The notes beneath the pieces were generated by a model. The model was not told the origin of the DNA. It saw only the letters and a list, made by a program, of their open reading frames with translations, and did not search any database. A DNA stretch of 51,082 nt from positions 1-51,082 of the IMG/VR virus record IMGVR_UViG_3300006182_000063. One strand, given 5' to 3'. The DNA is from a virus. Taxonomy: Duplodnaviria > Caudoviricetes. Below, piece after piece: positions 19,870 to 29,663 of the stretch (position 1 is the stretch's first letter; the number at the start of each line of letters is the position of its first letter). The position numbers and the translations under genes are program-made.

Positions 19870-19918
19870 GATCGTGTCCTCGCCAAGCCGGGCACTGGGC
19901 CCGACTCAGCTATCAGGG

Positions 19919-20887
19919 TTACTTGGAGGCATCACCGATCAGAGCCACACCAGCGGTGTGCTTGATGCTGGTGGCGGTCTTGTCCCAGTTGGTACCGGTC
20001 GCAAGTTCGGCGTCGGTTGGCGACTTGCCGCCGGTGGTGGTGTCCCAGGTGTAGCCCTTCAGGCCCAGGCCGAAGGTGTAGTCGGTTTGGAGCGTGGTTT
20101 CGATACGCTCCTTGCCGTTGGTGGTCTGCACGTTGCTGATGATGTCGCGGCCGTCGTGGACCAGCGCAGCGCCTTGCACCAGGGACAGGATAATTTCCTT
20201 GTTCGGGGTGCCGGCCTGCATCAGCGCCGGTGCATCCGTCACAACGGAGATCTTGCCGAGGATGTCCACAACGCGGACGTTGCCCGCCTGGAACAGCTGC
20301 TGCTGGTTCGCCAAGTTCTGGCCGACCAGCTTGTGGTAGCTGGTGCCCTGCATCACCTGGGTTACCAGGTTCTGGCTTGCGTCACCGAACTTCGCGTGAG
20401 CGTTGTTCAGCCCTGCGTAGGTGATGCCAGCGGTAGCCGACACATCGTTGACCGCAGCGGACTGGGCAGTGATCGCAGCAACCAGGGCAGCGATCGCGGT
20501 GTTCAGCTGGTCCTTCAGCAGGATTTCAGCGAACGCACGGCTGGCGACTTCGATGCCTTGGGCGGTTGGTCGCTCCAGCCAGGTCATCTGCGACGGCTCG
20601 TAGCGGATCGGACCGAAGCCACCGGCTACTTTCACCGAAGTGTTCTTCAGCTCGGTCAGGTCGGTAGCAGCGACAGTAGCGTTTGCGCTATAGCGGTCCA
20701 CGCGGCGCTGAGCTGCCGCCAGAGTTTGGAAGAACGACTCTTGGAGGAAGTCACCAGTGAAGCCGTCCGGGGACAGCACGATTGCACCGCGGCTGGCGGC
20801 GTTGAAGGCGGCGAGATACTGATCCAGCGTCTCGAGAGTCGCCGGCATGATGTATTCGTTGAAAACCTGCATTTGCGACAGGGACAT
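19919..20887 (-). CDS. Major capsid protein
   Basis: 322 aa after the scaffold gene; GLKGY.WD...SPTDA.LAT..NW motif. Confidence 0.9.
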   Translation of the reverse strand: MSLSQMQVFNEYIMPATLETLDQYLAAFNAASRGAIVLSPDGFTGDFLQESFFQTLAAAQRRVDRYSANATVAATDLTELKNTSVKVAGGFGPIRYEPSQMTWLERPTAQGIEVASRAFAEILLKDQLNTAIAALVAAITAQSAAVNDVSATAGITYAGLNNAHAKFGDASQNLVTQVMQGTSYHKLVGQNLANQQQLFQAGNVRVVDILGKISVVTDAPALMQAGTPNKEIILSLVQGAALVHDGRDIISNVQTTNGKERIETTLQTDYTFGLGLKGYTWDTTTGGKSPTDAELATGTNWDKTATSIKHTAGVALIGDASK

Positions 20888-20898
20888 GAGTTATTTCC

Positions 20899-21609
20899 TT
20901 ACGATTGTGGGAGATCCGGGAACCGGCTCGCGATTGCGGCCGTACGTTCCTCTTTGGTGCCGCCGATTTTTCCTTTTGCGGCCCCGCCGCCACCTCCAGC
21001 ACCAGCAGCCCCGCCGCCAGATGCCTTGCTACCCGCGATCAACGGCGCGAAGGCCGTGTCGTTTGCGAATTCTGCTTTCAGCTCATCCAGCGTTGCCGCC
21101 GAGAGCTTGCCCTGCTGGTCGAGGACGACCACAACAGGCTTCCCGTCGCGCTGCTCGACGCTCAGACGGCGCTCGATGTGCGGCAACAGGGCTTTGGCGC
21201 TGCCTGGGATTGCCAGGGCAGACGCGATGTCAGTAGCGGTACGGCCGACGGTCAGATCCCGGATCTGAGTGCTCAGCGTTCCACGCTCCTGTTCCAGCAT
21301 GCCGTTCAGCTCAGCTTCGCGGCGGTTGTACTTTTCAGACCAGGACTTTTCGAGTTCCTCGACATTGCCGGACTTGCGAGCGGCCTCTTCACGCTCCAGC
21401 CGGGCCTGCTCTTCCGCATCCTTGCGAGCCTTCTCGGCCGCCTTCTTCTCGCCCAGAAGCTCGTCAACCTTGGCCTTAAGGCCGGTAACGTCTTCTTGTG
21501 CTGGCAAACCCTCGATGTTCAGGACGTACTTACCGCCCTTCTCGACGTACATGGATTGAACGGATTCGTCGACGCCTTCGAGGCTGTCCAGTTGGAATTT
21601 CAAGGTCAT
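20899..21609 (-). CDS. Capsid scaffolding protein
   Basis: Charged coiled coil with Gly-rich tail, upstream of MCP. Confidence 0.8.
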   Translation of the reverse strand: MTLKFQLDSLEGVDESVQSMYVEKGGKYVLNIEGLPAQEDVTGLKAKVDELLGEKKAAEKARKDAEEQARLEREEAARKSGNVEELEKSWSEKYNRREAELNGMLEQERGTLSTQIRDLTVGRTATDIASALAIPGSAKALLPHIERRLSVEQRDGKPVVVVLDQQGKLSAATLDELKAEFANDTAFAPLIAGSKASGGGAAGAGGGGGAAKGKIGGTKEERTAAIASRFPDLPQS

Positions 21610-21650
21610 TGCTGTCTCCCAGAGACGTAGTGCAGGCCCTGCCTGCGGGC

Positions 21651-21679
21651 AAAAAAAAGCCCCAGCAAATGCCAGGGCT
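21651..21679 (-). terminator. Intrinsic terminator of the 21698 moron
   Basis: AGCCCTGGC-ATTT-GCTGGGGCT followed by a T run. Confidence 0.7.
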
Positions 21680-21697
21680 CGGGGATCCGTATAGATG

Positions 21698-21970
21698 TCA
21701 GTAAGGAGGGACCGAAGTAACTCCCTGCTGGTTTTTAGGCGATGTGTAAATTATGTCTGCTCCGTCGATCTGCATTCGACCGGCGTAGTCAGCTAGGCAA
21801 CCTTGGATTCTCTCGTACTCAGTATCAGTTACCTTATAAACCATTCCCCCAGCGCAATTGATGTAATTGCTCTTCAGTTGATCGTCGTCCTTATTGTGAA
21901 GGTCAATCCCTTCAACTGGTGCAGGGAAATCGAGATCGGATAGGGGGATACTGAGCTTTTCATTGGGCAT
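21698..21970 (-). CDS. Moron: hypothetical protein
   Basis: GGAGG RBS, AT-richer than flanks, own terminator. Confidence 0.7.
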   Translation of the reverse strand: MPNEKLSIPLSDLDFPAPVEGIDLHNKDDDQLKSNYINCAGGMVYKVTDTEYERIQGCLADYAGRMQIDGADIIYTSPKNQQGVTSVPPY

Positions 21971-22000
21971 ATTGACCTCCTAGTCTTTAACGTCCTATGA

Positions 22001-23044
22001 CTATAACCCAGCCCGCTCGAATGCCAGCGGCTCCAAATCTTTCAACTCCCTGAGGGTCAGCGTCTTGCCGTTGTCGTCAATAAACTTATCGAGGGTCAGC
22101 TCACCTTTACTGAACAGCGCATATCGGTTCGGCCCGAGAATGTCGCGCTGAAACGCTGCAGGTTGCCGAGCCAGCCATTCCTGATAGCTGGTCTTGCTCG
22201 ACACCAGCGTCACACCGTCAGGGCCGATTGAGGGCCGCGTCGAGCCTTTGATCTCGCGTGCAAACTCTTCCTTCAGCACCGGTATGAGTGTCGTGCGGCA
22301 GCCCCAGTGATACGGCGGCTTTGGCCCATCCAGCGGGATCAGCGTCTGGTCGACGCTCATGCAGAACAGAGTGGTTTTCGAGTCCAGGGTCGCCACCCTG
22401 CGCATTCCCGCGAGGATGTCGTCGTTCGCCTTCAGCGTCTCAACTCGCGCCGTACTGGCGATGTGGTTGGTCATCGTGCGAACCAGTGCGCCAGCCTGAT
22501 CCTGCTGCAACTGATGAATACTGGTCAGGCGCCGGCTGATTTGCTGGCTGGTTTCGCCCAAGCTCGAACCGATCTGAATCTCGCCGATGATCTCGGCGGC
22601 CTTCTTAGTTCCGAACTGGTCGAGCGCACCGCTGATACTGATGCGCTGGATGCCTTTGCGTGCTTCGAGCAGCAGCGGATCGGCCAAGGCTGCAGCGGAG
22701 ATAATCTCGGCCGATGGCACATTGAGCTGAACCACCGCGCGGACCACTTTGCCCAACATCGTCGCGTTGAACTGCGCCTCGTAGGTGGCGAACTCGCCGA
22801 GATCCAGCTGAGCGCGCCCTTTGAGGTCGTCGTATATGCCCCGCAAGTCGCCCTGGAGCGTTTCTATCTGCGAGTTGTACCGACGCGTGCCGTAGGCACT
22901 CAATCCTTCAGAGACTCGAGCCTTGGCGGCCTTGATGGCTTTACTGATGAACGAAGCCACGCGCTTCAGGTTTCCGCTGGCGTACCGCTGGACGTAAATC
23001 TGGTGGCGCGTGGCAGCGTCCTCAAGAAAGCCCTCATTACTCAT
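22001..23044 (-). CDS. Minor head protein (SPP1 gp7 / Mu F-like)
   Basis: ATLDS.TT..C...D...PPYHWGCR. Confidence 0.88.
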   Translation of the reverse strand: MSNEGFLEDAATRHQIYVQRYASGNLKRVASFISKAIKAAKARVSEGLSAYGTRRYNSQIETLQGDLRGIYDDLKGRAQLDLGEFATYEAQFNATMLGKVVRAVVQLNVPSAEIISAAALADPLLLEARKGIQRISISGALDQFGTKKAAEIIGEIQIGSSLGETSQQISRRLTSIHQLQQDQAGALVRTMTNHIASTARVETLKANDDILAGMRRVATLDSKTTLFCMSVDQTLIPLDGPKPPYHWGCRTTLIPVLKEEFAREIKGSTRPSIGPDGVTLVSSKTSYQEWLARQPAAFQRDILGPNRYALFSKGELTLDKFIDDNGKTLTLRELKDLEPLAFERAGL

Positions 23045-24449
23045 CGTTTCCGCCTACTGGTGGCGCACTGGCCAGCTCTTCGTCGATCTTCTCGTCAGTG
23101 CGATCCGCTTCAAGCACGCCGCCCTGACGCAGGTTCACCCGGACATCCGACTTAGCAATGAAGCCCTGCTGCCACAGCTGTACTTGGGCGAGGATGTCTT
23201 GCGCGGTCATCGTCTCATCGAAGAACGACTGATTGAGCCAGAACACGGTTCCCTTCTCGTCCGGAGCGTCCATCATGAAGCGCTCGGCGTCGAGGATGGC
23301 TCGCTTCAGGGCCTCGGATACGTTGCCGGCGATTGTGCCCAGCACGCTGTTGTCCGAGCTGTACCGGATTCGAACAGCCTCTGCCGTCTCGGCGCCACTG
23401 CCCTTCTGGACGACACGGGCGCCGATCATCAGCATCTGCTCTTCCTTGTCCTTCATCAGGGTTCGGGCGAGCTGAGTTTCGGTGGCCTGCAGCATGACCG
23501 CAGACCCGGACTTGCCGAGGTTGTGTCCGCGCCGCGAGCCGATGTGCATGCCGTGCGGATTCAGCTTTGCGAACTCGTCAGCCTCGATGCTGGTGGTAAT
23601 GAACAGCGTCGGCTGGCTGCTAATGAAACCGCTCTCCTCCACCGTGGCGCTGTTGCCGTAGTGCAGGATGTTGACGTCGGCCAGGTCTTCCAGCGGAGAC
23701 TTGTCGATGCTGGCGTCGTTGTTCTGGGAGCCGTAGAAACTGAACGGGATGTGATCGAAAGGCTGGCCGGCCTTATCGGTAGGCTGCGCCTCCTCGAAGC
23801 TTTCCTCGCCTTCCTTGTAGACGCGCTGAATGTATCGCCCATCGACCAGCAGTAGGACCCGGTTCTGCGTGTACGTCTCGCGGGACAGATCGGCGGCATT
23901 GAACTCGGACACGCACTCCTGCAGGTTCACGTACACCAGACGCTTCACGCCATCTATCACCTGCTCATCCCAGTCGATGATCGACAGGGCGTCGTAGTGG
24001 TGGATCAAGGCCCGCTTGGTGGCGAGATCCGCCATCGAACTGACACCGCTTTCAGTGGCCACGGTCGGGAAGTCGACCAGAAAGCCGCCTCGCCCGCTGT
24101 CCAGGCACTCGCCCACCGACTCCTTCGATAGCTGCTCAAGGCTGGTACCGTCGCCGCTGGCGTTCTCTTTCAGGTATTCAACCGCAGTCGGCAGCGACAA
24201 TTCAGCAGTCTTCCGGAACACCGCTCCCATCAGCCCCGTGCGCGTGCGCCCGGTAATGTTGAGGAACATCGCCCGCTTGTTGTACTGCTTGTACCGGGCC
24301 TGATTCTCAGGTGATTTGTTCTCCGGGTCGGGCATCGGCAGGTATTCGTCGTGCTTGCGAACCTCGCGGGCACCAGCAACGCAACGCTTCACCAGCTGCC
24401 AGCCAGCCAGGGCTTGTGCGTACTCTGCCCGTGGAATGAAATTTGGCAT
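23037..24449 (-). CDS. Portal protein (DUF4055-like)
   Basis: 470 aa after TerL; YLP..RY..Y..RA.F.N.T.RT. Confidence 0.88.
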   Translation of the reverse strand: MPNFIPRAEYAQALAGWQLVKRCVAGAREVRKHDEYLPMPDPENKSPENQARYKQYNKRAMFLNITGRTRTGLMGAVFRKTAELSLPTAVEYLKENASGDGTSLEQLSKESVGECLDSGRGGFLVDFPTVATESGVSSMADLATKRALIHHYDALSIIDWDEQVIDGVKRLVYVNLQECVSEFNAADLSRETYTQNRVLLLVDGRYIQRVYKEGEESFEEAQPTDKAGQPFDHIPFSFYGSQNNDASIDKSPLEDLADVNILHYGNSATVEESGFISSQPTLFITTSIEADEFAKLNPHGMHIGSRRGHNLGKSGSAVMLQATETQLARTLMKDKEEQMLMIGARVVQKGSGAETAEAVRIRYSSDNSVLGTIAGNVSEALKRAILDAERFMMDAPDEKGTVFWLNQSFFDETMTAQDILAQVQLWQQGFIAKSDVRVNLRQGGVLEADRTDEKIDEELASAPPVGGNDE

Positions 24450-24457
24450 TGATGGCC

Positions 24458-25759
24458 TCAGAAAGTGAAGGTGACGGGGACGTGGGTCATCGGCTTGATG
24501 ATCGGGTAGTCATGGTGGATGAAGTACCCGCCAGCGTCGTTCGCGTGGTCCACGCCTGATTTCTTGTCAGGCTCGCCATTGGGCGCCCACACCTGCTGCT
24601 CAAGGCCGTCCGCATATGTCGGGCAACGCAGGGGGTTGATTAGATATCGACGCTCGCCTAGAGCGTTGCAGAACATCGCGTTCATGGCGTTGATGCGGTC
24701 TTTCACCGGCGGGTTTGCATCCGGCGCGATGACGCTGAATCCCGCTTGGCGCAATATGGCGATGTCTGTCTCGCTCGCGTTTACGGATTTGCGTGATCCG
24801 CCCGAGGCGTCCGGATAAATACGGATCTCGCAGGTTTTCTCGTAGTCCTTGCCGTTGAAGCGCCAGTAGCGCTCCTTGATACGGCGGATCATGTCCGGTG
24901 TGTCGAAGCCGTCAATCAGCTCATCCACGGCCCGCGGTTTGTCGTCCGCACGCTTGACGTGCGTGATAGCCGCCATCTTGCCAACGTTGAAGTCCATGCC
25001 GATGAATAGTGGCTCGCCCGGCTCAACAGCGTCGAAGCAACCATTCAGCTTTCGGTCATACGCGTGGTAGATCGAACCGGCATTCAGGTTGACGAACTGC
25101 CCGTTGAGGTAGGCAAGGATCAACTGAGGCGGGTAGGACTCCATCAGCGACGGGATGTAATCAGGCGGTAGGTTCAGCTCGTTATCGAACGTGCTGGCCT
25201 GCACAAGGCCATACATCCCCTGCATGCCTGGCTTCTCGCGGAGCTGCTTCACGAACTGCTGGAAGACGAACTTGAACCCCTCAGGGGTCGTGGTCACGTC
25301 CACTCCGTTCTTCAGCCCGGGCGCGTTGTAACGCATCCGCGCAATGATTTTGCGCCAAGCGTGTTCAGCCTTGAGTGCTGGCAGGACATCCAGCTCATCC
25401 ACCAGCGCGTGACCAATCTTGAAGCCGACGATGGTCTGCGGCTTCTCCATTGATCGGCAGATGGTGGTGCTGCGGTACTGACCGCCACTGTAGAACTCGA
25501 CCTCTTTATCGCTTTCCTTCGTCTTGACCTTCAGCCCCCAGTCAAAGGCCACCTCTTCAATCGTCGGAAAGAAGATGTCGCGGATCTGCGGGTAAGTCGG
25601 GGCAAAGTACCCAGAGTTGATTCGAGGCCATTCCCATACGTGCTTACAGATGCCCGCGCAGCCGACCCAAGTCTTACCTGAGCCAAACCCAGCGACAAAG
25701 CCTCGGAATTTGTTCTCCATCTGGAGGAACTTGGCCTGGGGGACGTTAAGCGTCGGCAT
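24458..25759 (-). CDS. terL: Terminase large subunit
   Basis: Walker A GFGSGKT, VDE, TTTPEG, nuclease motifs GMDFN and DH..DA. Confidence 0.95.
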   Translation of the reverse strand: MPTLNVPQAKFLQMENKFRGFVAGFGSGKTWVGCAGICKHVWEWPRINSGYFAPTYPQIRDIFFPTIEEVAFDWGLKVKTKESDKEVEFYSGGQYRSTTICRSMEKPQTIVGFKIGHALVDELDVLPALKAEHAWRKIIARMRYNAPGLKNGVDVTTTPEGFKFVFQQFVKQLREKPGMQGMYGLVQASTFDNELNLPPDYIPSLMESYPPQLILAYLNGQFVNLNAGSIYHAYDRKLNGCFDAVEPGEPLFIGMDFNVGKMAAITHVKRADDKPRAVDELIDGFDTPDMIRRIKERYWRFNGKDYEKTCEIRIYPDASGGSRKSVNASETDIAILRQAGFSVIAPDANPPVKDRINAMNAMFCNALGERRYLINPLRCPTYADGLEQQVWAPNGEPDKKSGVDHANDAGGYFIHHDYPIIKPMTHVPVTFTF

Positions 25760-26207
25760 CAGGCTTCCTCGCGTCCACCACGTCTACCTGCACCCGAGTA
25801 GGCGCAAGATTGTCGTGTGGGTTTTCATTCTTGGTCTGTCGGTTGACGTAAACGTCGCCCACCTCTTTGGCTGCCTGCTCTAGTAGCTGGGCAGTCAGCG
25901 CCATGTTCTTCATGTTTTCGGCCTTTTCAGCCATGCGTCCAAGCGCTCGCAGCCGATAGGCACGGTTGGCGATCGGGATCTCAGCGGTTTGTTCGCGAAA
26001 CCGAGCGCGGGTGTCTTCGAAAAGGGTTCTCCACTTCAGGTGAAGGTTCCGACCGACGTACTTGGTTGGGTCGTACGCCTCACACTGCTGGCGGGTAACG
26101 TCGAGGCCATATTCCACTTTGACAGCCGTCACCACCTGGGATGGCGTGTCAAAGCAGGCTAGAGCCTGTACTACAAAGGCTTTCACCTCGTCTCTGAGTG
26201 CGGCCAT
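25746..26207 (-). CDS. terS: Terminase small subunit (DUF2280-like)
   Basis: LACFDTPSQV, YDPTK, IPIAN..YRL; overlaps the terL start. Confidence 0.85.
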   Translation of the reverse strand: MAALRDEVKAFVVQALACFDTPSQVVTAVKVEYGLDVTRQQCEAYDPTKYVGRNLHLKWRTLFEDTRARFREQTAEIPIANRAYRLRALGRMAEKAENMKNMALTAQLLEQAAKEVGDVYVNRQTKNENPHDNLAPTRVQVDVVDARKPDADA

Positions 26208-26237
26208 AGATGGACATCCGTCAAAGTACTGTCAAAG

Positions 26238-26861
26238 TCAGGCCGACTTGAGCAGACAGGTTCCGCAGGCCCTCGCAATGTTCAATTTCCCCACCTCGGC
26301 AGGACTGTTTGCAGCATCCACCAACGCTTGAACGTCAGCGCTCGCACCGTAGCGGCGGACAACACCGACGAACTCTTCGACGTCATGACCCTGCAGCTTG
26401 ATCTTTGGTGCACCGTCTTGGGTGAATGTCGGTTGACCGTATTTGTCGGTCGCGTGAGCCAGGTGATACAGCTCGTGCTCCAGAAGCGCGCAGAACTCAA
26501 GGTCGCTGCACTGGGCGCAGTAGTCAGCAGCCAGGGTGATGATGAAGGCCGGTACATCGCCGAACCAATCATGCATCTGTTGCTCCATTCGAGCTTTCTG
26601 CCAACCGCCAGCGCGGAACGCTACCTGTTCGGCCTGGCCAAGGACTGTACGGCCCTGCTTCTCGAAGCTCGACGACGCCCACATGATTCGGATGTCTGCA
26701 TCCAGTAAGTGGGCATGGTCTTCGTTGTGGATGCTGCCAGTGCTGGCAAGGATCTCGGCTTGGAGCCATTCCCACACTTCGGGCGCAGGGACCAGACTGA
26801 TACCGAAGTCGGATAGCTCCGACAATTCAAGTAATGATTTTGGTGGGAGCGGCCTATGCAC
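26238..26861 (-). CDS. Putative phage metallopeptidase
   Basis: HELYH and HDVEEF..VV.RYG. Confidence 0.85.
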   Translation of the reverse strand: MHRPLPPKSLLELSELSDFGISLVPAPEVWEWLQAEILASTGSIHNEDHAHLLDADIRIMWASSSFEKQGRTVLGQAEQVAFRAGGWQKARMEQQMHDWFGDVPAFIITLAADYCAQCSDLEFCALLEHELYHLAHATDKYGQPTFTQDGAPKIKLQGHDVEEFVGVVRRYGASADVQALVDAANSPAEVGKLNIARACGTCLLKSA

Positions 26862-26933
26862 TTGATGCCCTCCTGCTTGAAATGCTGGCGCGTTGCCGGT
26901 ATTGGTAAGCTTCCATCATCTGCATAAGGAGCA

Positions 26934-27326
26934 ATGCGCGTGACGAAATACCACATAGTGGAATCCAGCCCTGATTGGTACAAGGGCGTGACCGGCTTGG
27001 TCTATACGATTCATGAAGGTGAAAACCGGGTGCGCGGCATCCCTCATTACGACGTCAAAGGAACTGCTAGCGCAGTGTGTGACGCACTAAACAATGGGGA
27101 TCAGCTTATTGCCGAGTTGCGATACAGACATAACTACGTTCCGAAAACCGCTCAAATCTTGACTACATTTGCACCAGCAGAAGAGGTTCTGTTCTACCAC
27201 GTTCAGGATCAGCTTCATGCAACCATCTCAATGTCAAACGACCCCGCAGCCCATAGAGCTCAAGCGCTCAGAGAGGCCGGCTACGACGAGCCGGTTGTGT
27301 CATGGATGCCAGCAAAGGACAGATAG
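26934..27326 (+). CDS. Moron: antisense hypothetical protein
   Basis: AAGGAG RBS; opposite strand within the late region. Confidence 0.7.
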   Translation: MRVTKYHIVESSPDWYKGVTGLVYTIHEGENRVRGIPHYDVKGTASAVCDALNNGDQLIAELRYRHNYVPKTAQILTTFAPAEEVLFYHVQDQLHATISMSNDPAAHRAQALREAGYDEPVVSWMPAKDR

Positions 27327-27402
27327 GGCCAGATCCTTTTGCCGTGCCGCACTCACCTGCGGCACACCTAAATTTACACAGTTTTCAGTAGCCCGAAGCG
27401 GC

Positions 27403-27753
27403 TTACGCTCCCCACTGCTGGTTATAGGCCGCGACGTGCTCAGGAAAGACATCACCGTATGGTGGATATTCGATTCCTAGAACGCTCAACTCTATTGCGT
27501 CTTTCCCGCAATCAAACGAGTAGTCCGCAATGCACACACCGGCAGCACGAATCGCCTCTCCGCCCACAATACCCACTGTAAAATTAAAATGTCTCTGATC
27601 ACGCTGAGCAAAGGCTCTGACTTGCTCCTGGATAATGGAATATCCAGGAGCAGGAACAAATACGCCGAACGCAACCCCCATGGGCGGATCGCCGAGCTCT
27701 AAATCGGACCAACCGATATGCTGCCCATTACTGAAAGCTTCGAATCGCGGCAT
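27403..27753 (-). CDS. Moron: hypothetical protein
   Basis: 116 aa ORF convergent with 26934; hairpin GTGCCGCA/TGCGGCAC between them at 27344-27365. Confidence 0.65.
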   Translation of the reverse strand: MPRFEAFSNGQHIGWSDLELGDPPMGVAFGVFVPAPGYSIIQEQVRAFAQRDQRHFNFTVGIVGGEAIRAAGVCIADYSFDCGKDAIELSVLGIEYPPYGDVFPEHVAAYNQQWGA

Positions 27754-27861
27754 GGCAATGACCTAAAGAGCAAATAAGAATTACCCGAAGGATAACTCAT
27801 CAGCCCAGTAGCGAGCATTCACCCTCTGCGAGCGGCTTTTCGTCAACATTACTTCCGTTGT

Positions 27862-27897
27862 CGCGCCACGATTTGGCGCATTCGAAAACGTGGCGCG
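27862..27897. repeat. Dispersed palindrome copy 1
   Basis: CGCGCCACG-atttggcgcattcgaaaa-CGTGGCGCG. Confidence 0.9.
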
Positions 27898-27899
27898 GA

Positions 27900-28166
27900 T
27901 TACTTGCTCTGGCTGCGGACGATCTGGGCGTCCACCTGGTCAGCGCAGGTGTCGAGCAGGTTGATGGCCTGGTTCTTCAGCTCCCAAAGCTGTCCGTTGT
28001 CGGCGAGATCTTCATCAGCTACTCGCTCACACGGGACCAGCTCAAGGGGCTCGACTCTTACTGCCGCTGTCTTTGTTACCAGTGGCGGCTTTCCCGCGCA
28101 GGCCGTCAGGCAGAGGCTGAGCAGCCCAATCACGAACAGGCTTGCTGTTGCGTTTGAGTTCTTCAA
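27900..28166 (-). CDS. Rz1-like o-spanin lipoprotein
   Basis: Lipobox LTAC, internal Cys pair; overlaps the upstream i-spanin. Confidence 0.8.
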   Translation of the reverse strand: MKNSNATASLFVIGLLSLCLTACAGKPPLVTKTAAVRVEPLELVPCERVADEDLADNGQLWELKNQAINLLDTCADQVDAQIVRSQSK

Positions 28167-28428
28167 AGTTCTTCTCCGCCTTTCTGGCTTTTGCCTGGCT
28201 GGCCTGTAACCGCTTGTTCAGGTCTTTCTGGTAATCGGCGTTGCGCTGGGCTTCGGCGCGTAGAGTGGTGATCGTGGCCTGGCTTTCGAGGTTGGCGTCG
28301 ACCGCCTTCTTCTTCTCGCTGGCTTCGAATGCCACCTCCCCGCGAAGGGCGACGACGCGCGACTGCTGGATCCCAATGAGGAGCAGGCCGACCAGGGCGA
28401 TAATGATTGCTGCAGCGAAGGCCTTCAT
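28042..28428 (-). CDS. Rz-like i-spanin (LysB/DUF2570-like)
   Basis: N-terminal TM, coiled coil, VRDWA.QPLPD. Confidence 0.8.
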   Translation of the reverse strand: MKAFAAAIIIALVGLLLIGIQQSRVVALRGEVAFEASEKKKAVDANLESQATITTLRAEAQRNADYQKDLNKRLQASQAKARKAEKNFEELKRNSKPVRDWAAQPLPDGLRGKAATGNKDSGSKSRAP

Positions 28429-28739
28429 GCGGCATCCGCCTTGCGGCCCAGGAAACGGGTCACCAATTCACGTATTGCGGTTACGCCGAGGAACCCAATA
28501 GTCCCTCCAGCAGCAACAGACAGGCTTGGCGGCCAGGTCATCCACTCGATCACGCTGGACGCAACAAGGCTCAGCGAACCGCAGATCAGCGCCTCGAACA
28601 CAATACGGCGCTTACTGGTTTCCTTCGCGTCGTACATGACTCGAAGCAACGATACGGTGATGGACATGATCACGCCCTGCCAGAGCGGATTGCTCAACGC
28701 CAGCCAGATCTTGGCCCAGGTGTCTGGCTTGTCAGGCAT
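28425..28739 (-). CDS. Holin (lambda S-like, 3 TM)
   Basis: MPDKPD.W, LR..YD, EA.ICG.L, GG.IGFLG. Confidence 0.9.
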   Translation of the reverse strand: MPDKPDTWAKIWLALSNPLWQGVIMSITVSLLRVMYDAKETSKRRIVFEALICGSLSLVASSVIEWMTWPPSLSVAAGGTIGFLGVTAIRELVTRFLGRKADAA

Positions 28740-28832
28740 GGTAGTAATCCGGGTTGCTCCCATTGGGGAGTTGAGAATAAAAGGGCCTCATTAGGGCGAG
28801 GCCAAGCGCGAGAGCACTTCAACAAATAATAT

Positions 28833-28861
28833 ACATAAGTGTTTACACAACACATTTATGT
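28833..28861. promoter_or_regulatory. Putative HicB operator / hicAB promoter
   Basis: Imperfect palindrome ACATAAGTGTT..AACACATTTATGT in an AT-rich stretch upstream of hicA. Confidence 0.5.
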
Positions 28862-28898
28862 TTATATGATTAACCCATCAACACACAACGGAGGGTTG

Positions 28899-29081
28899 AT
28901 GAAATACAGCGAGTTCAGGAGATGGTTGGAGGCCCAAGGGGTCGAGTTTTCGAAGTCAGCCAAAGGCAGCCACTTCAAGATTCGCTACAAGGACCGCCAA
29001 ACGATCTTCCCAAGCCACGGATCAAAAGAGATTGGTGAAGGGCTTAGGAAGGAAATCATCAAACAACTGGGCCTCAAGTGA
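28899..29081 (+). CDS. hicA: HicA mRNA interferase toxin
   Basis: 60 aa; KGSHFK and P.HG.KEI..GL...I.KQLGL. Confidence 0.92.
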   Translation: MKYSEFRRWLEAQGVEFSKSAKGSHFKIRYKDRQTIFPSHGSKEIGEGLRKEIIKQLGLK

Positions 29082-29129
29082 GGCCCCAACCACTTGAACG
29101 AGCGAAACATCAGCCCCAAGAGAGGACCT

Positions 29130-29591
29130 ATGTACGTATATAAAATCGTTGCCCACGAAGAAAATGGACATTACTGGTCGTCGTGCCCGGATGTTCCGCA
29201 AGCACATAGCGTCGGGGATACCCTGGAGGAGCTACTTGAAAATGCAGTTGAGGGGATCACCTTGGCGCTGTCGATCTATGTGGAACGGCGCCAACCATTG
29301 CCCGAGCAAACCGACCGAGGCGATCACCCCGTGCGACTCCCAGTCATCACCATTACCAAAGCATTGCTTTGGGACATGATGCTTCGCCGCAAAATGACCC
29401 GAGGCGACCTTGCAGAAAAACTTGGCATATCGCCAACCGCTGCTGGACGCCTGGTTGATTTTGAGCACACGTCGAAGCTGGAAAGCCTGGAAAACGCCCT
29501 CACTCTTTTCGGTCTTCGGCTGGAGGTGAATGCCGTCGAGGCGTACGCGATCGGCGCGCCAACCATCACTTACATGGGCGTTGAGCCATAA
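29130..29591 (+). CDS. hicB: HicB antitoxin with C-terminal HTH
   Basis: PDVP...S.GDT.EE...NA; HTH with LA.KLG...RL.D..H.SK. Confidence 0.92.
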   Translation: MYVYKIVAHEENGHYWSSCPDVPQAHSVGDTLEELLENAVEGITLALSIYVERRQPLPEQTDRGDHPVRLPVITITKALLWDMMLRRKMTRGDLAEKLGISPTAAGRLVDFEHTSKLESLENALTLFGLRLEVNAVEAYAIGAPTITYMGVEP

Positions 29592-29593
29592 CG

Positions 29594-29626
29594 AAAAAAC
29601 CCGGCATGATGGCCGGGTTCTTTTTA
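29594..29626. terminator. Bidirectional intrinsic terminator (hicAB end / tR'-like)
   Basis: AACCCGGC-atgatg-GCCGGGTT flanked by A and T runs. Confidence 0.75.
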
Positions 29627-29663
29627 GTCAGTCCTACACACGCAGGAATGACAGGATGGGTGA

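Noticed and set aside
19853-21268. 471 aa plus-strand ORF
   Set aside because: Antisense shadow of the capsid and scaffold genes, expected from GC-rich codon bias; no RBS or motifs.
22307-23855. Long plus-strand ORFs of 282 and 281 aa
   Set aside because: Antisense shadows of the minor head and portal genes.
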